A DNA stretch of 60,268 nucleotides, filler included, from Sphacelaria rigidula (lineage: Eukaryota), in the NCBI GenBank assembly GCA_964200075.2. It is 8 parts of 8 records of this genome, joined end to end, with 100 filler letters (N's around TTAATTAATTAA, not from the genome) between each part and the next. Parts side by side here need not be neighbours in the genome. Positions count along the whole stretch, not along the records: positions 45,277 to 52,722 come from CAXNAA020014885.1; positions 52,823 to 60,268 come from CAXNAA020014886.1; 6 more parts are not named here. One strand, given 5' to 3'. Each line of letters opens with the position of its first letter. Within the stretch, counting starts at the first letter, position 1. Position numbers and translations under genes: made by a program. This document shows, in pieces, positions 47,215 through 60,268 of the stretch. Under the pieces are notes generated by a model. The model was given only the letters and a program-made list of their open reading frames with translations. It was not told where the DNA came from and made no database searches.

Positions 47215-49284
47215 CAGTGATGGTGGAAGAGGCCAAGACGGGTGAGTACGATTGCCCCCAAGGCGGGGACGACTACTTCTTCGATCCTGTGGATGGCCTT
47301 CAAAAGGAGTGCGTATGCGTCACCGGCATGGTGAGCTGTGTGATCCAATACGCTACATACAAACGCGGTCGTGGTATAGATGTAGACTGTGCAGAGAGAT
47401 AAGCTAGCCTCGGAGTGTCATATTTTGTAGCATTTCCAAACTTTCGACGATGCATAGTTCACCTGCGTTGGTTTTCTGCCTCTTTTGGATCTTGATGCAG
47501 TTGTGCCTTGTGTAAGTGAGGCAACAATATGTGCGCGCTGCGTTTTCTGTCGCTTCCTCGGTGAAGCTGCATGGACGTCATGATGTTGTCTACTTATTTT
47601 CTTCTTCACATGCCTGTGGCGCTTTGTCGTTGACGAAAGTGCCAGCGATCAATAGAGCTTTACATCTTATTTCTTCAGTCTCTCATCGCTTGTACGCCGA
47701 TTTTGTTTGAGCTGACAGCCCACCCGCACTTACTCGGCGTCCTTCGGTGGTGGCTTGAGTTGCCTCGTCTGCCATTATTCCCGATAGTCACACTCGTATG
47801 TTACTGAGTTCGATTATGGAGTTCGCGTAGTCGGATCCCCGCCGTACCTTGTCCTATTTCTGGTTTCCGTCGCCCGAAAAAGTGAAGAAACGCCGGTCGG
47901 TGAAACTAACTTCTGGGTGAGAGTCAATAATTGTGAGAAAGGCGAGTTGCAGGGAAGACGTAGATGGATCTTTTGAGATTATACGGGCAAGGCCATCCCG
48001 AGGAGGGGGCGGGTAAGCCTAGCCTTACCACAGAAAGAATGCACAGTAAAATTATGTTTTTTTTCAATTCTCGCGTCAACATTTTGAATGTCACATCATA
48101 TACCTACAAAATGTGTTGTCATCGAGGGGTGAGTTATAGTGTGGTGTCCAAGTCCCTCATGTGTTTGTCGTCGCCCCCTCTCGATCTGTACGATGCGATC
48201 CAAAATGAAAATCACGCGCCCAGTCATGCGTGCTGTTGAGGGATACGGAAACAAACTCGGGTTGTCAACCGGAGTTATCAATCGCTCGACATATTTGCCT
48301 CATGTGCACCCTGCGTACCTATCTGTCATGTGACACAGGACGAATCTTGGCAGGAGAGACATATGAGTGACGGCGATAGCAGCGGAGGTGAGCCGTTCCA
48401 TGATTAGGATGGGGGGGATGGGGGGTTTGGGGGAGGGTTAATGAAACGTCATCCCGCGGAACAGTTCACCGTTAACTACGTGCGACGAGTACCCCCGGAA
48501 ACGTGCCAGTAGCTGCGAACACGTGCTTTAGATGTTCTGGAATCGTGATTTCTGCGGGGCGATACATCGGCATTAGTTGGAAGTTGCTCACCACTAGTGT
48601 TCCTAGGGGAAAGGGAGAAGCGCGATCATTAATTGCGACCTCGAGAATTATAACCGGAACACCCCTGCTCGGTGTCATTCACAGAATCAGGCGATACATT
48701 CTGGGCCATGAACCCCTCGGTCTACAGCTCTTGCAACGGACAGTTGATCTGCGGTCGCCCCAAGGTGGCCTACACCGTGAAGCCCAAGCGGAAAATCGAC
48801 ACTCCTTCCTACGAACTTGGTGCATACAACTTCCTCGGACCGATCGACTCAGACGGAACGCCCATCAGGTGAGACACCTACTCACGCAGATACTATACAA
48901 GAGGTGGCGAAATCTCTCAAGAAACTCTTCTTTAGGGCGACGCTCGTTTCCCACGACTGCAGTGTCGATGACAAGTCTCTTATTCGACGAGCATCTTGCA
49001 TCTCTCAATTTCTCGTTATATCGTTGTTTTCGCCTTGATCTCAGCAAAATTTCGTGGCATCATATTCTTCAAGTTTGAAACATCTGAGCCTCGATTTCTC
49101 AACAGGTAATTTATGAACCCTTGAACCGCGAGGGTAGTCCATCTGGGTCATGCATAGTTTTTGCGAGTGGAATCATACCGATTCAACAGATGACCAGCTT
49201 TTGCCGTCTAAGGGTTCAATGATGTCGCCACCTGTACAACAACGGCAACAGCGACAACAACAGCAGCAGCAACTACTACTACTT

Positions 49285-49328
<44 letters not shown>

Positions 49329-49994
49329 GTGTAAATGGTGTTGCAGCCCGCCATTGTGACGGCAAATACAGTAGCTATCCCCGTAATCGGGACCACTTAT
49401 TCGTGATCTTACCCTCCTTTCCATATTTTCCTTTTCTCTTTTCTTTCTTTTCCTTTTTTTCCGGAGTCCATCTGATTTCTTTTGTCTCGCGTTTTTGTTC
49501 AGTTTGCCCTAGTCGCTCCATCTCTCCTCCGTCGTCTTCGCCCTTCCTCTCAGGTGCCGTTCACCAAATAGACCTCGAGTATGTATATCTCGTGACCCCC
49601 ACGTACATACGTGGGGGTCTCTCGGGATCAGCTCGTGCATGACGATCAATCAAAATTAATCTAATATTCTACGAGGACATCAACCTCCTCGCCAGTGTAA
49701 CATAATAACCCTTCTCCTCCCGACTCCCCTCGCTCGATCGTCTCGCGTGAAAATCTATTGTTCACAAAAAGCAGACTTATGGTAGACTTGCACTACTCCT
49801 AGACCCCTCCCCGTCCCTACAGCTCAATATGTGTACCGTCATGCCATACCTCTCCCCGTTGCGGCAGCGCTGCCGACGATGCAAATGGCCCGGACGGGCT
49901 GTTCAAAGAAGCTTGTGGATGGGAAGATGATTCAGAGCTGTCCAACGGTGATTACGAGGCTCCCGCAGTCTGTCTGTGCAAGCCTGAGGGTTGA
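47215..49994 (+). CDS. Putative 3' exons of an unknown cysteine-rich protein (~47215-47330, 48685-48868, 49823-49994)
   Basis: 48685-48868 is bounded by CACAG / GTGAGA and splices in frame to 49823-49994 (SICVPSCHTSPRCG...ACGW...VCLCKPEG-TGA). Boundaries of the upstream candidate exon (YDCPQGGDDYFFDP...ECVC) are uncertain. Confidence 0.5.
49236..49328. repeat. Compound trinucleotide microsatellite (CAA/CAG then CTA)
   Basis: Direct inspection. Confidence 0.95.
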
Positions 49995-51796
49995 CGGCAC
50001 CCAGCTGTTTTATACAGCAAAACCGAGAGGCCATGGAATCGACTGCTTTTGGTGGAATGGAGGCTATGAAGCTTGGATTATCTGACTGTACAGGGCGATG
50101 CGTCGGTTCTAGAGTAGCATATGTGGATCTGACTGCTATTGGCGGGATTTGGCCGAAATGGTGCTCTATGTATGTCGGGCGTGTTTGCGACCAGACAAGG
50201 GGGTGGTGCGCCCAACCCTTCTGTCTCCGTCAAACCTTTAGGAGCATATACAGTCGCTCGGTCTCGAGCCTTGAACCAGGGGCAACGTGACTGCGACTGT
50301 TGGCCTGGATGTTCATGTAGGGTATGCGAATAAAATGAAAACCGTTGTAGCTTGTTTCGAAATATGCGATGCACATGCATAACATATACATACTTGCCAT
50401 AGACCGCATAAAGATTTTTCTTCTTCTGAACGAAAAGGTGGCGCGACACACGTTTGATCCCAGGCGGAAAATCGTAGATATGAATCTGGACAGAGATCAT
50501 TGAGTGAGACGTGAGGGAGATTTCGGGGTTACTTGTTTTGTTGACGTACTTTGCAGGGGCACTCACATACATACGTGTAGTATGGAATGTTTTCAGAGTA
50601 GAGTACTTTGCGGGGGCATTTATATACGTGTAGTATAGAGTAATTTTAGAGTAAAGTACTACACGGGTATTTTGCTTATCCACAGTGCAGCGTGCCGAGT
50701 ACGCATAAATCATACTGGTAGATGAGTGGATTGTTTGTGAATTATATGTAAATGAACAGTGACCCTGGTTCTTCAAACTAAGGGGTGCTTGACGTGCGTG
50801 CGAGCTGGTGTGCTGCAGCGGCCGCAACGTGGCGGGCTTATACCATTGTTCCTAAAACAGACGCACCGTTGGTTGTATAACGGGCCTGACAGTGTAAGAA
50901 ACACCCTTGTCAAGAGATCCGGGTTGGACAGTTTGGGCGGGATGAGAAATAAGGTGTTGATATAAGTAGGATTGACCTGGAACACAACATTTAATGATAG
51001 TGATAATAATAAGTTGAGGGTCGACCCTGGAGCTGAAGCTGCGTTTCTCGAGAGGAGACCTTCTCTGTACATGCTTCACAGTGCGATATATACAGCCCCG
51101 GTGTATTGGCGCTGTGAAAACTACAGCGAAAAATGTGCAACAAAGGAAATCTGAATCAATGTAGTAAGTACACACAAAATATGTATGAGGTATCATCGTA
51201 GTTTGAACTAAATAGTTGTATCCTTTGTTATCGGAGAATGCCTTGGCAGAGTCGAACCTCTGTAAAAGGGATCAGACGAAAAGTGGGGGCTAGCAGCAGC
51301 GACGCTGCCAGCCTGAGCATGGTACCGTAGTCATCCACTCGACTGCCAGTACCCGGGCGTCAGCATACATCTATCCGCACAGGTACATGCTCACTCATCG
51401 TACCTGCTCACATAATCACCCCCTCTGAACTGGTACAACACCAGTCGTCATGGCTATCTCTGAAGACAAAATTAAAAGGAGGAAACTCGACCATACAAGC
51501 AAAAATCCTCTTCCCTGAGCTGCTTGTGCTCCATCTAGATAATCTATGAACGTCGATCAAGGCAGATATGTCATGTCAGGAAACGTCCTCCTACAAAACC
51601 CATGTCCCTCAAAATAGCGTGGGTGGCTTAACCCAACATGCGTAAAAATGCATTACATACAAAAACCTGAAAATGCCCGGAGCTAGCACAACAACAAGGG
51701 GGTACACACAAAAAACGTGTCTACTTGTCACCTTCCAAATTCATCAAAACCCGTCTGTGCCTCGCAAATAAGTTGATCGAGAGAGGCTTCGGACTG

Positions 51797-52034
51797 CTGC
51801 CGAGATAGCCCCCACCCCAGACCGGCCAAAAGCGTGCACGGAGGCGATGATCTTAACTGCCGTTAAAGGTGGTTTCGTGCTGCACGACGCGACTGATTTG
51901 GGCGTTATCGCTGATTTCCGACTGCTACACGCCTCTCATGTGGGCGAAATCGCTGCAAACGAGCCCAATAGTGGGATCGCAGCCGGTTCGTTGGATGTTG
52001 CCGGTGGGCTTTTTGCGGGGGGGCTATCTCGGCA
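51797..52034. mobile_element. Short TIR element (TGCCGAGATAGCCCCC); inverted partial homolog at 52823-52980
   Basis: tgccgagatagccccc...gggggctatctcggca. 51785-51935 matches the reverse complement of 52823-52980. Confidence 0.7.
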
Positions 52035-52037
52035 TTA

Positions 52038-52150
52038 TTAGTCTTCGTCAAAATATCGGCATGCTGCCATCCCGAATCTACATGCATGGCCGTGATCTTT
52101 GCCGTCCCCACCAGCTCGCGAATAAAGTGATACCTCACTGTGAACGTGAC
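52038..52150 (-). pseudogene. Ty1/Copia RNase H C-terminal relic
   Basis: VRYHFIRELV...HVDSGWQHADILTK. Confidence 0.75.
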
Positions 52151-54012
52151 ACGTGTGTTCTTCAGATTATACAAACGAGGCAAGACTAACTATCAATTTT
52201 TGGAATCGGCATCGTCTTAAAAATTCAATCGTCACGCACAACATGCTCAGCTGGTGAGCAGCCATGGCCTCTTCAAACTATGACGTTTGCCTTTACGCAA
52301 CGCACAATAAGCTACCACCGGTGCTCATGTATCTGGGATATCGATCCACTGATCGTGGCGGCGAAGCCGCCGAAACTCTTGTATATATATATATATATAG
52401 GCTCTATTGGAATGTGGAGCGGAGATAATTACAATATCTTCAGATCCTCAATGTGATGAGCGGTGGCAAGCGAAATAACTCAACAAAATCGTCAATTACG
52501 AAGAAATTACCAATATTAACAAATCACGAAGAAATTGCCAATATTAACAGCTCAGGCGTGTGACGAAATAACGCCGTTACCAGTGTTACGCCGGGGGAAA
52601 TTTTCTTTTTTTTAATAGTCTTTTAAACGCCTCCGCGAAAAACGGTGAAAACCGTTCGATGATGGCAAATATCCTGTTTTCGCAAGCACGGTCCGCACCT
52701 GCTGTGCATTCAAGAGCGGCCCNNNNNNNNNNNNNNNNNNNNNNNNNNNNNNNNNNNNNNNNNNNNTTAATTAATTAANNNNNNNNNNNNNNNNNNNNNN
52801 NNNNNNNNNNNNNNNNNNNNNNGAGGCGTGTAGCAGTTTGATATCAGCTATAACGCCCAAATGAGTCGCGTCGTGCGGCACGAAACCGGCTCTGACGGCA
52901 TTTATGATCATCGCTTCCGTGTACTTTTTTGGCCGGTTCGGGGGGGGGCTATCTCGGCAGCAGTCTAGCTCTGAAGCTCTGAAACCAAGCACCCACTTGG
53001 TCCTGCTGTTAAGGTTTTACAGCCAGTCTTTCAGATAATCGCAATCGATCGAAGGGTAAAACAGGAACGAAGGGTATATAAAGGATAAAATACGCACAAC
53101 TCTCCACGACTCACGTGGTCCAAGCTGTGGACGTAAAGACCAGGCAGAACTGAAGAGATCAGAAGGGAGACAATACTTGAAGACTCTTTTGATGAGCTTT
53201 CTACGGTAACCCTATATCCAAAGAGATGCAGGCTGCTGGACTGTGAACTCAAGTTCGAAGGTGGGGGGTGGGCAACGTGCCGCTCGACTTTTTACCCTGC
53301 CTCGCGTACAAACCTGTCATACTACAAAATCAGCCTGGTGCGTGCCTTCAACCGATCAAGCGTTGGCACGCGTATCCCCCATATGACTAATCCGGCACAG
53401 GCTATGTCCAAACACAAATTCATGAAAACGCTAAATAAGCCTAGCAAATAGTCCAATTTCTACTTTTCACAAGCACCCTTTCGACTAGGATTTCCTCATA
53501 CCCGCCGATCGTTTGTGAAACGATCGTGATATCCCACTCTGCTAGTTCAATTCTCCCACGCGGTCATATACCATCACAATCCGTACCTTATTGCTCCCCG
53601 TACCAAAGTAAACTTGATCTTTGAAATGAGACTCAATTTTCTGTGGTGTGGGAGTGGTGTGGCTCGATACCAGTTTGTTCCTTCTGAGAAGGAAGTGCAC
53701 TTGAACGATACAGGGTGGGCTTTTGTGATGGTATGTGTGTGTGAGAGAGAGAAAGAGAGAGACATAGAAACAGAGACAGAGAGGCAGAGAGACAGAGAGA
53801 GAGACCAACATTTTGATGGTCCAGGTCTACGGGGCAACTCTGGGCAAACTAGGACAGCAAACAACAGAGACCATCTCAGCAACCCACGAGTTTTTCCGCA
53901 GCCAGGCAAGATTATTACATGATAGGGCAACGAGCCCACGCGATCGTTGTACAAGTACGCGACAAAAACAGTATTCACTCTTGGGACGGATCGTTGAAGG
54001 CAGGGAAGAGTC

Positions 54013-54560
54013 TTGAATCGAAGTTTCGGGTGTTCCATGTACAGCTGTGCAGACTCTCGCCATGGAATATGTTATGATTCTCTTTTTTCACGGACCCGTA
54101 TTCTTGGGTTTCACCAGTCGGAGGCAGACCTAAAGAGACAGCATGGATGTGAGGCAGTTGATATGGCTCAACGAGCTTGGGGAATAATCTTGGAAAAAAT
54201 CGCCGCACCTCAGATGGTGGAGCACCAAGCGATCCTTGGTTCACCTCGCACAGCATGGGATTATTTTGTTCAGTAGTTTAGTGTTTCCCTTACTGCTGAA
54301 TAGGCTCGTTTCGAACAAGAGAGGAATGACCTGGGAATGGGTTTGGGTGAGTCACTTTTGATTTTCTTAAGCAAAGCAAATGTTATCATGCACAAGAGGT
54401 ACCAACATGGAATTGTAATTTCGGAGTTTGACGCCAACAGGCACTATACGCGTAGACTGCCATCAGATTACGAGATTCAAAGGGTCATATTGCTAGCGAT
54501 GCATGAGATCGATACTGAATCTTTAGAAAATACAAAAGAAGTGCGCACGCAGAACTAGAG
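54013..54560 (+). pseudogene. Ty1/Copia gag (UBN2-like) relic followed by Pro/Gln/His-rich decayed sequence
   Basis: GSPRTAWDYF...ARFEQERNDLGMGLGES...FLSKA...RLPSDYEIQRVIL with in-frame stops. Confidence 0.6.
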
Positions 54561-56779
54561 TTGTCAAGGAGCAGGGTAGGATCGCCAAAACATCATGCCC
54601 TTGCCACTGCAGTTCATAACGCTTCCCACAGTTACGCATCGGTCGGACGACGTGAGCGTGGGGGGGGGGAGCGGAAGGCGAAGCAATCAAGATGCATGCT
54701 GCACCCATAAGGACCACCGCAACCACAATTCCGATCCACCATACATGAACCACAAGTACTCATCCCGCTCACATCACCAATCACACCATCAATGCCGACA
54801 GTATTGCTCGGATCGTAGTGGGCATCACATCTCAGATCAACGATCCACTACTTCGTCACCATCACACCGAAACCACAACTCCTCCCCCCGATCATCATCA
54901 TGCAATTCGCGTAACTGCCAATAATGTTATGATCGAGGTATTGAACCCCATGCACAAGGTGACGGGCGTAGAAATATCGATCGCCGATAAGGCAAACGAG
55001 GTCTCAGACGCCCGAAATAGCGCGCTTCGCATCACGGGGGAAACCATCCCCCATGATTACCACTCTAGAACTCTCACCCAAGTGCAAACTTTGTACAACG
55101 TTGTGAGGATTCAGTCACTGACGATGACTTCGGCCGACAAAATAGGGACGGTTTCGACGGTACTGGTTACGCTCACAGCGTGCAGAGTCAACCACAAACA
55201 TCTCCGAACTCCCAGACATCCCCGTCTCACCAACCTCAGCCTCAACATCATCCACACCTGCCGACTGCTTACTACACATTAACCTACTCTCATCATCACC
55301 CACTACATCCTCCTCAACTCACCTACCGACCTTCTCCATCAACACCCTACTACCCTCAACACCACCAGCAACCCCCGTTCGAATACTACCAGCCGTGCCA
55401 CCACCAGCAACACCCTTATTACTATCCTTTTCATCAGTACACCCCACACTAACAACACCACCAACCTGCAGCCCCTCATTCGACTTCAGCGCCTCCTGCC
55501 GATGCATCACAACAGCCGGAGCATCTGCAGTTGTTTATGGCGTATTCTACGCCCAAAGGCGAGTCTCGTTTTCGGCTTGGTAGTCTTGATTTGCGTAGGC
55601 ATGATGTGGTACGTAGTGGGATTGCATCGAGTAGGGGTGGTAGTGCGGAGAAGTGAGCTGCGGATGCGGGTGCTTCACACCACATCACAGGGAATGCAGA
55701 TGGCGTTTTTGATTTACAACCCCCTCCTCAAGACATCGAAAACGTCACGATGGGTGACTGGACCACATTCTCAGTCAAGGCAATAGGTAGTCTGAATTTA
55801 AGATTCCACATGGGATCTTAAGATTTTCATGCCCCCCCCACAGACTTTTCTGTTCAGTTTACCGGTGTCGACGTCGTAGAAGGTGTCAAGTTTAATATTT
55901 TCTCCCTTCATCACGTGCAGGAGTGACATGATATAATTATAAACTCGACTGTAGTACATTTACTTAATGGCAGATTACGGTGTGACCGCACGTCGCGATT
56001 TTCATCGCCGTTGGCCACGCGTCTCCCCCCAACACATGGTCGTATTGCAGCGCCTACAGCTGCAACCCCTTTATTCCCCATGGCGAAAATGATTCTTCTA
56101 CGTCTGTAGAGCTTCGTTCTTCGCCTGAACCCTCCACAAAAGTGGCGAAACTCGTTTTCCCCCTACTCCCGTATAATCTCGTTCCTCAACGAACGGAATT
56201 GTTTTTTCTTGACGTAGTAGCGGAGCTGATTCGCATTCTTCGGTGAAGTCTTCACCGAATGCTGCCCGGCCTGTTTCCGATGAATCTTATTGATCGTCCT
56301 CTACTGTAGAGCCAGATCCCACTACTACCTTGGAGTCTTGCTCCCCCACGAGTAAAAATTGATTCCGCCTCTACTGCAGAGTCAGATGACCCTACTACTG
56401 TAAAACCCCAGTAGTCCCGTGCTTACCAAAGCTCGCCAAAACAGCAATCACAAGAACAAGATATAGCAGGGATATCATCACAACAATACGCACGGTATGG
56501 TGCTGTACTGGACCCTACGATACCGTCCAGGACAGCGCCATACCGTGCAGGTACGTGTGGTGGCGTATATATTACAGAGTTAGCGCGGCGACATGCGCTA
56601 TACGTATGGCTACACAATGTGGATGCCTGTCAGTTAAGGTTTAGATATATGGGGGTGCCACATACCGTCATGCAGCCGAGTTAGGTAAATCGTTATATGC
56701 AGTCATGATCAGCAAGCACGTAATAACTCAAAACAGCCACAGCACGAAAATAACAATCCGTTTTGAAAGGGAGTACTCT

Positions 56780-58220
56780 AACACCATGTTCGGTTGAAAC
56801 GTTTCTCTCCCGGATATATTTGTAGCCAGCGTTACCCCCCAACTCGCCGGCCAACTCGCCGGACTCTGATCACAACATCGTCTGCGCCTCAGTACGGCTC
56901 CTTGGTCGCTTCGCACACAACAGACCTAGGCGAATCCTAACTGGGCGTACACCGATCAACAGACGGGCAATAGTATCTGACCCCGGCAGACGTGAGAAGC
57001 TCACCCAGCTCATCATCAGCGAGCTCGAACAGAGTATACCTGGTGATACAGTCAGCTCACTGGCTATGAACCTTGCCGACGTATTCTTGAGTGCCGCTGA
57101 AAAGGTGGTACCCCGTCTGACCCGAAAGCCACGTATACCGGGGTGGTTCGAGGATGCTGAAATCAAAGCGGAATTCGAAATCGCTTGGATGGAGAGAGAA
57201 AGGGCGAGATCAACGGGGAGACTGGGATCATCTCGAGATAAACTCGCATGGCGCACATTGCGAACATCATGCAAAAAAATAAAAAGTGATCCAAGCTGGG
57301 GTTGACAAATATATGGATGTGTATACTAGAGAACTAGAGGAGCATACCCGAGCGGGGGACATGAGAGGATGGTACAGACATCTTAATGGAGGGTGGAGAC
57401 TGTCTAGACGACCAATCGAGAGTGAACAATACATTCGACATGAGGACGGTAATTTACTGCGGGACAGAGGTTTGATCAGTCGGAGATGGGAACGGTACTT
57501 TTCTACATTGCTGAACGCCTATCGGCAACTATCGACCGCAACATCATCGAGAAGATTGCTCAACGACCAATAGCGTTGTCACGAGGAGACCCACCAAGTC
57601 CAAGTGAAACTGTGGAGGCTTTGAGAGCTATATCGAACGGCAAAGCAACCGGTCCGAATGATATTCCTGCTGAAAGCCTGAAGCTTTGACTCAACGGGGA
57701 GGCGTCTAATATTTTGTACCACTTCCACGACATCGACTCTGCGGTTTGGACATCTGGCGAGGTGCCGCGAGAATGGAGAGATGTCACCATCAAAGTGCTA
57801 CACAAAAAACAAGATAGGACCCAGTGTAGTAACTACAGAGGCATTTCACTTGTGGCACATACTGCTAAATTTCTCCTCAAAATCGTAGCCAACAGGCTCG
57901 GTGATTTTTGTGAGGAAACAGATGTCTTCCCGGAAGAGCAGTGTGGATTTAGGCGCCAAAGGTCGACCATAGACATGATGTTCGTAGTACGCCGACTCCA
58001 GGAGCTGGGACGGGCGAGCAACATCCCAACAAGCACGTGCTTTATCGACCTGCAGAAAGCCTACGATTCTGTAGACCGCACGCTCCTGCGGGAAGTGCTT
58101 GCTCGGTTCAGAGTCCCGTCGCGAATGATCAAGACCATCCGTATGTTTCACGACGGCATGCGAGCCCGAGTACACCTAGATAGTGGCGAACGATCAGCGT
58201 GGTTCGACGTCTACCAGGGA
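56780..58220 (+). mobile_element. RTE-like non-LTR retrotransposon relic (endonuclease end and N-terminal RT), truncated
   Basis: SDHNIV, GKATGPNDIPAE, NYRGISLVAH, PEEQCGFRRQRSTIDMMF and FIDLQKAYDSVDR. Stops and frameshifts; ends at QG before the YADD motif. Confidence 0.92.
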
Positions 58221-58221
58221 T

Positions 58222-60024
58222 GTACGCTAGGGTGCCGGCGCTGCAGTGCGTGTCGAACAGTCGCGTCAGTGCCCGGTGAATGGAGGTGCATATAAGATTG
58301 CTACCTGCGAAACAAGTACACGGCAGAGTGGTGGCGGGTTGGTGGGACGGACAATGTGCGATGTTCGTTAGGTTTGTGGAAGAAATGCTGTGGTGGACTG
58401 TGGTGCAGTGTGCTGTACCGAACCACGCGCGTCGGCGGTGGACGTATCGAACGAACAGACTACGGCAGACGAACAGTTACTTACTTCGTATTGGGTGGGC
58501 GGCGATACTACGCTAAAAGAAAATCGAAATGCGAACGAATCATGCCGACGATCGCCTCACAGTATAAATCGGCGACTGCATAACACGAGCACCGTACTCG
58601 AACTCACCGCCTCCAACGGTCTGAGGTGCCAGGAAGAAATCCACGGACTGTCCCTCCACGAGAACTGCCATGATTTTTTGGCGTTCGGCATATCCCCTGT
58701 CAGTCGGCACATCGCGCATCGTGCATAACCGCGGAGTCGTATCAGACACGATATAGTCTACATCGACGTCGACGCACGCGCGAGTGAATATACACCAGCG
58801 CCACGACTGTGGGTGTACGCGAGTGTTGGAGGCGCTAACCAAAGGGGGGCACCGTCGAATGCACGGTCAATTGCCGTTCGTACTCACTTGTCTGTGTCGT
58901 GCGTCACTGGAGAGCACATAGGTAGAGCGAACACCGTTTGGGCTGCTGCACCGGCTTGTAAAGACACGAACTTCAACGGCTCCTGATTGGCCTTCGCTCG
59001 AATGGCAGCCTGACTGATGAAAGCCAGGCGCTGACGGTCTAGAGTCAACAACTGTAACGGTCGAGGGGATGTGCGCATCGTAAGATTGATGAGGAATATC
59101 TCGAGCTTTGTATCTACCAGTGGGATTCACCATGTGCCTCAAGCCGTGGTTCCATGAGAGACGAACTCGGGATTGAAGGAAGCACAGAAACACCCGCTCA
59201 GGAGGCGTGAAGTAACCATAAATATTGAAAATACAAACATAGCCAATAAATTCAGGTCAACATACGCACTATGCCTCCAAGGAGGGAAGCTATCGAGATA
59301 AATCAATCTACACCACAATAAACGAAACCAGTCCGAAATAACGAACTAAAAATAAGCTAGGTAAATGATAAGAGAAGCGGTCGGCTGTTGATACGCGGCT
59401 CGGGCGGAGAAAGTTTTCGCCAAGACCACGTGTAACTGGGAAACGCCACTCGACCGCATAGACCTGGCAAACTTGAATGGAGGGGCACTCGCGACCTACG
59501 ATACCGTGATGCAATGAGCCGAGGTCGCATAGGGAGATGGAGATTTACTCGACAGAATTTCGATGCGTACTCGCGTCGAAGCATTTGATATCGACGGGTC
59601 GCTGCAGGTACGAGCTGAGGAAATATAATGGTCGGGAAATATCCTCCCCTTGACTGATTCGATACAACTGCGGCTGCTCCGGATGCTATTTGTGGCGTAA
59701 TCTCCCAAATTGCGTATCGTCGTTTTTCCGGTGACATGACGAGCTGCCGACAATTTCGACGAGAAGACGACTCACATGCAAGTGCGCCGTCTGCTCCATA
59801 GCGACCTCCTCCATCTTGCCGGGGTCAGCGGTGACTCTCACACCAGAACTTCCTTTGAGGGTGTCATGGTACAGAGTGCACGCGTTACATTTCATGAATG
59901 TGCCGCCGACCTTGGCCTTGTAGTGGGGTCGGTCCTTGCGCATCGTGGTGTAAAAATAGCTTAGACTTGCGGCCACCCCCTCTCCCGCACTACGCATATC
60001 TTCCACGAACGCATCATACACTTC
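58222..60024 (-). CDS. Intron-containing DDE-transposase-like gene fragment (DUF7869/Sola-like); exons 59776-60024, ~58888-59051, 58608-58696, ~58222-58304
   Basis: In-frame GT-AG splicing gives SLSYFYTTM...FMKCNAC...AHLH|...KFVSLQAGAAAQTVFALP...DK|GYAERQKIMAVLVEG...GG|GSNLICTSIHRAL. Family assignment is from motif recall only. Confidence 0.65.
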
Positions 60025-60268
60025 CTGTCATTGAGGATGTAAGGTGGTCGCGTGTTTCGAGGGCTCGTGCGCAGGAAATTGAGCCCGCAACGCCGGATAG
60101 TTACGCTTTACGGCTAGGAAAATATGCGCGCGCATTAAGCCAAACAGCGAGCACACAAGCGCGATGCGCTGCGTCCTGGGCGCGGCGCGTATGAGTCATC
60201 CTACGATAGGGGGGGGGGTATTTGGTTGCACGGAAAAAGAGGCTCATAGGTGTGTCAGACGACCTGCC

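Noticed and set aside
47340-47780. BED zinc-finger/hAT relic on the minus strand (SSKVWKCYKI)
   Set aside because: The following Cys/His ligands are not recoverable; too weak.
49150-49424. Poly-Q/L/S/V ORFs
   Set aside because: Translations of a microsatellite.
53007-53353. Possible solo LTR (TGTTAAGG...CCTTCAACC)
   Set aside because: No terminal CA, no TSD and no second copy in the window.

Overview
Eukaryotic, repeat-rich genomic DNA. It is most likely a brown alga or related stramenopile; this is an inference from intron-rich genes with short exons, balanced base composition and the repeat types. The window is not contiguous: eight 7,446-bp pieces are joined by 100-nt N linkers containing TTAATTAATTAA. 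Piece 1 holds a 4.1-kb non-autonomous Gypsy-type LTR element (259-bp LTRs, CGCC TSD, gag-like only) and a foldback MITE. Piece 2 holds a degenerate chromodomain-bearing Ty3/Gypsy element. Piece 3 holds a degenerate full-length Ty1/Copia element (466-bp LTRs, CGTGA TSD). Piece 4 has the last eight exons of a SMYD-type SET/TPR gene. Piece 5 has nested non-autonomous DNA transposons, SINEs and a myosin exon. Piece 6 has two RPN3/PSMD3 exons. Piece 7 has exons of an unknown Cys-rich protein. Piece 8 has a Copia gag relic, an RTE LINE relic and a spliced DDE-transposase-like gene. The most unusual signal is that both Gypsy elements lack a tRNA primer-binding site and carry a short palindrome exactly at the PBS position, while sharing the same PPT; this suggests tRNA-independent priming. 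The Copia element instead has a tandem array of LTR-end/PBS units.
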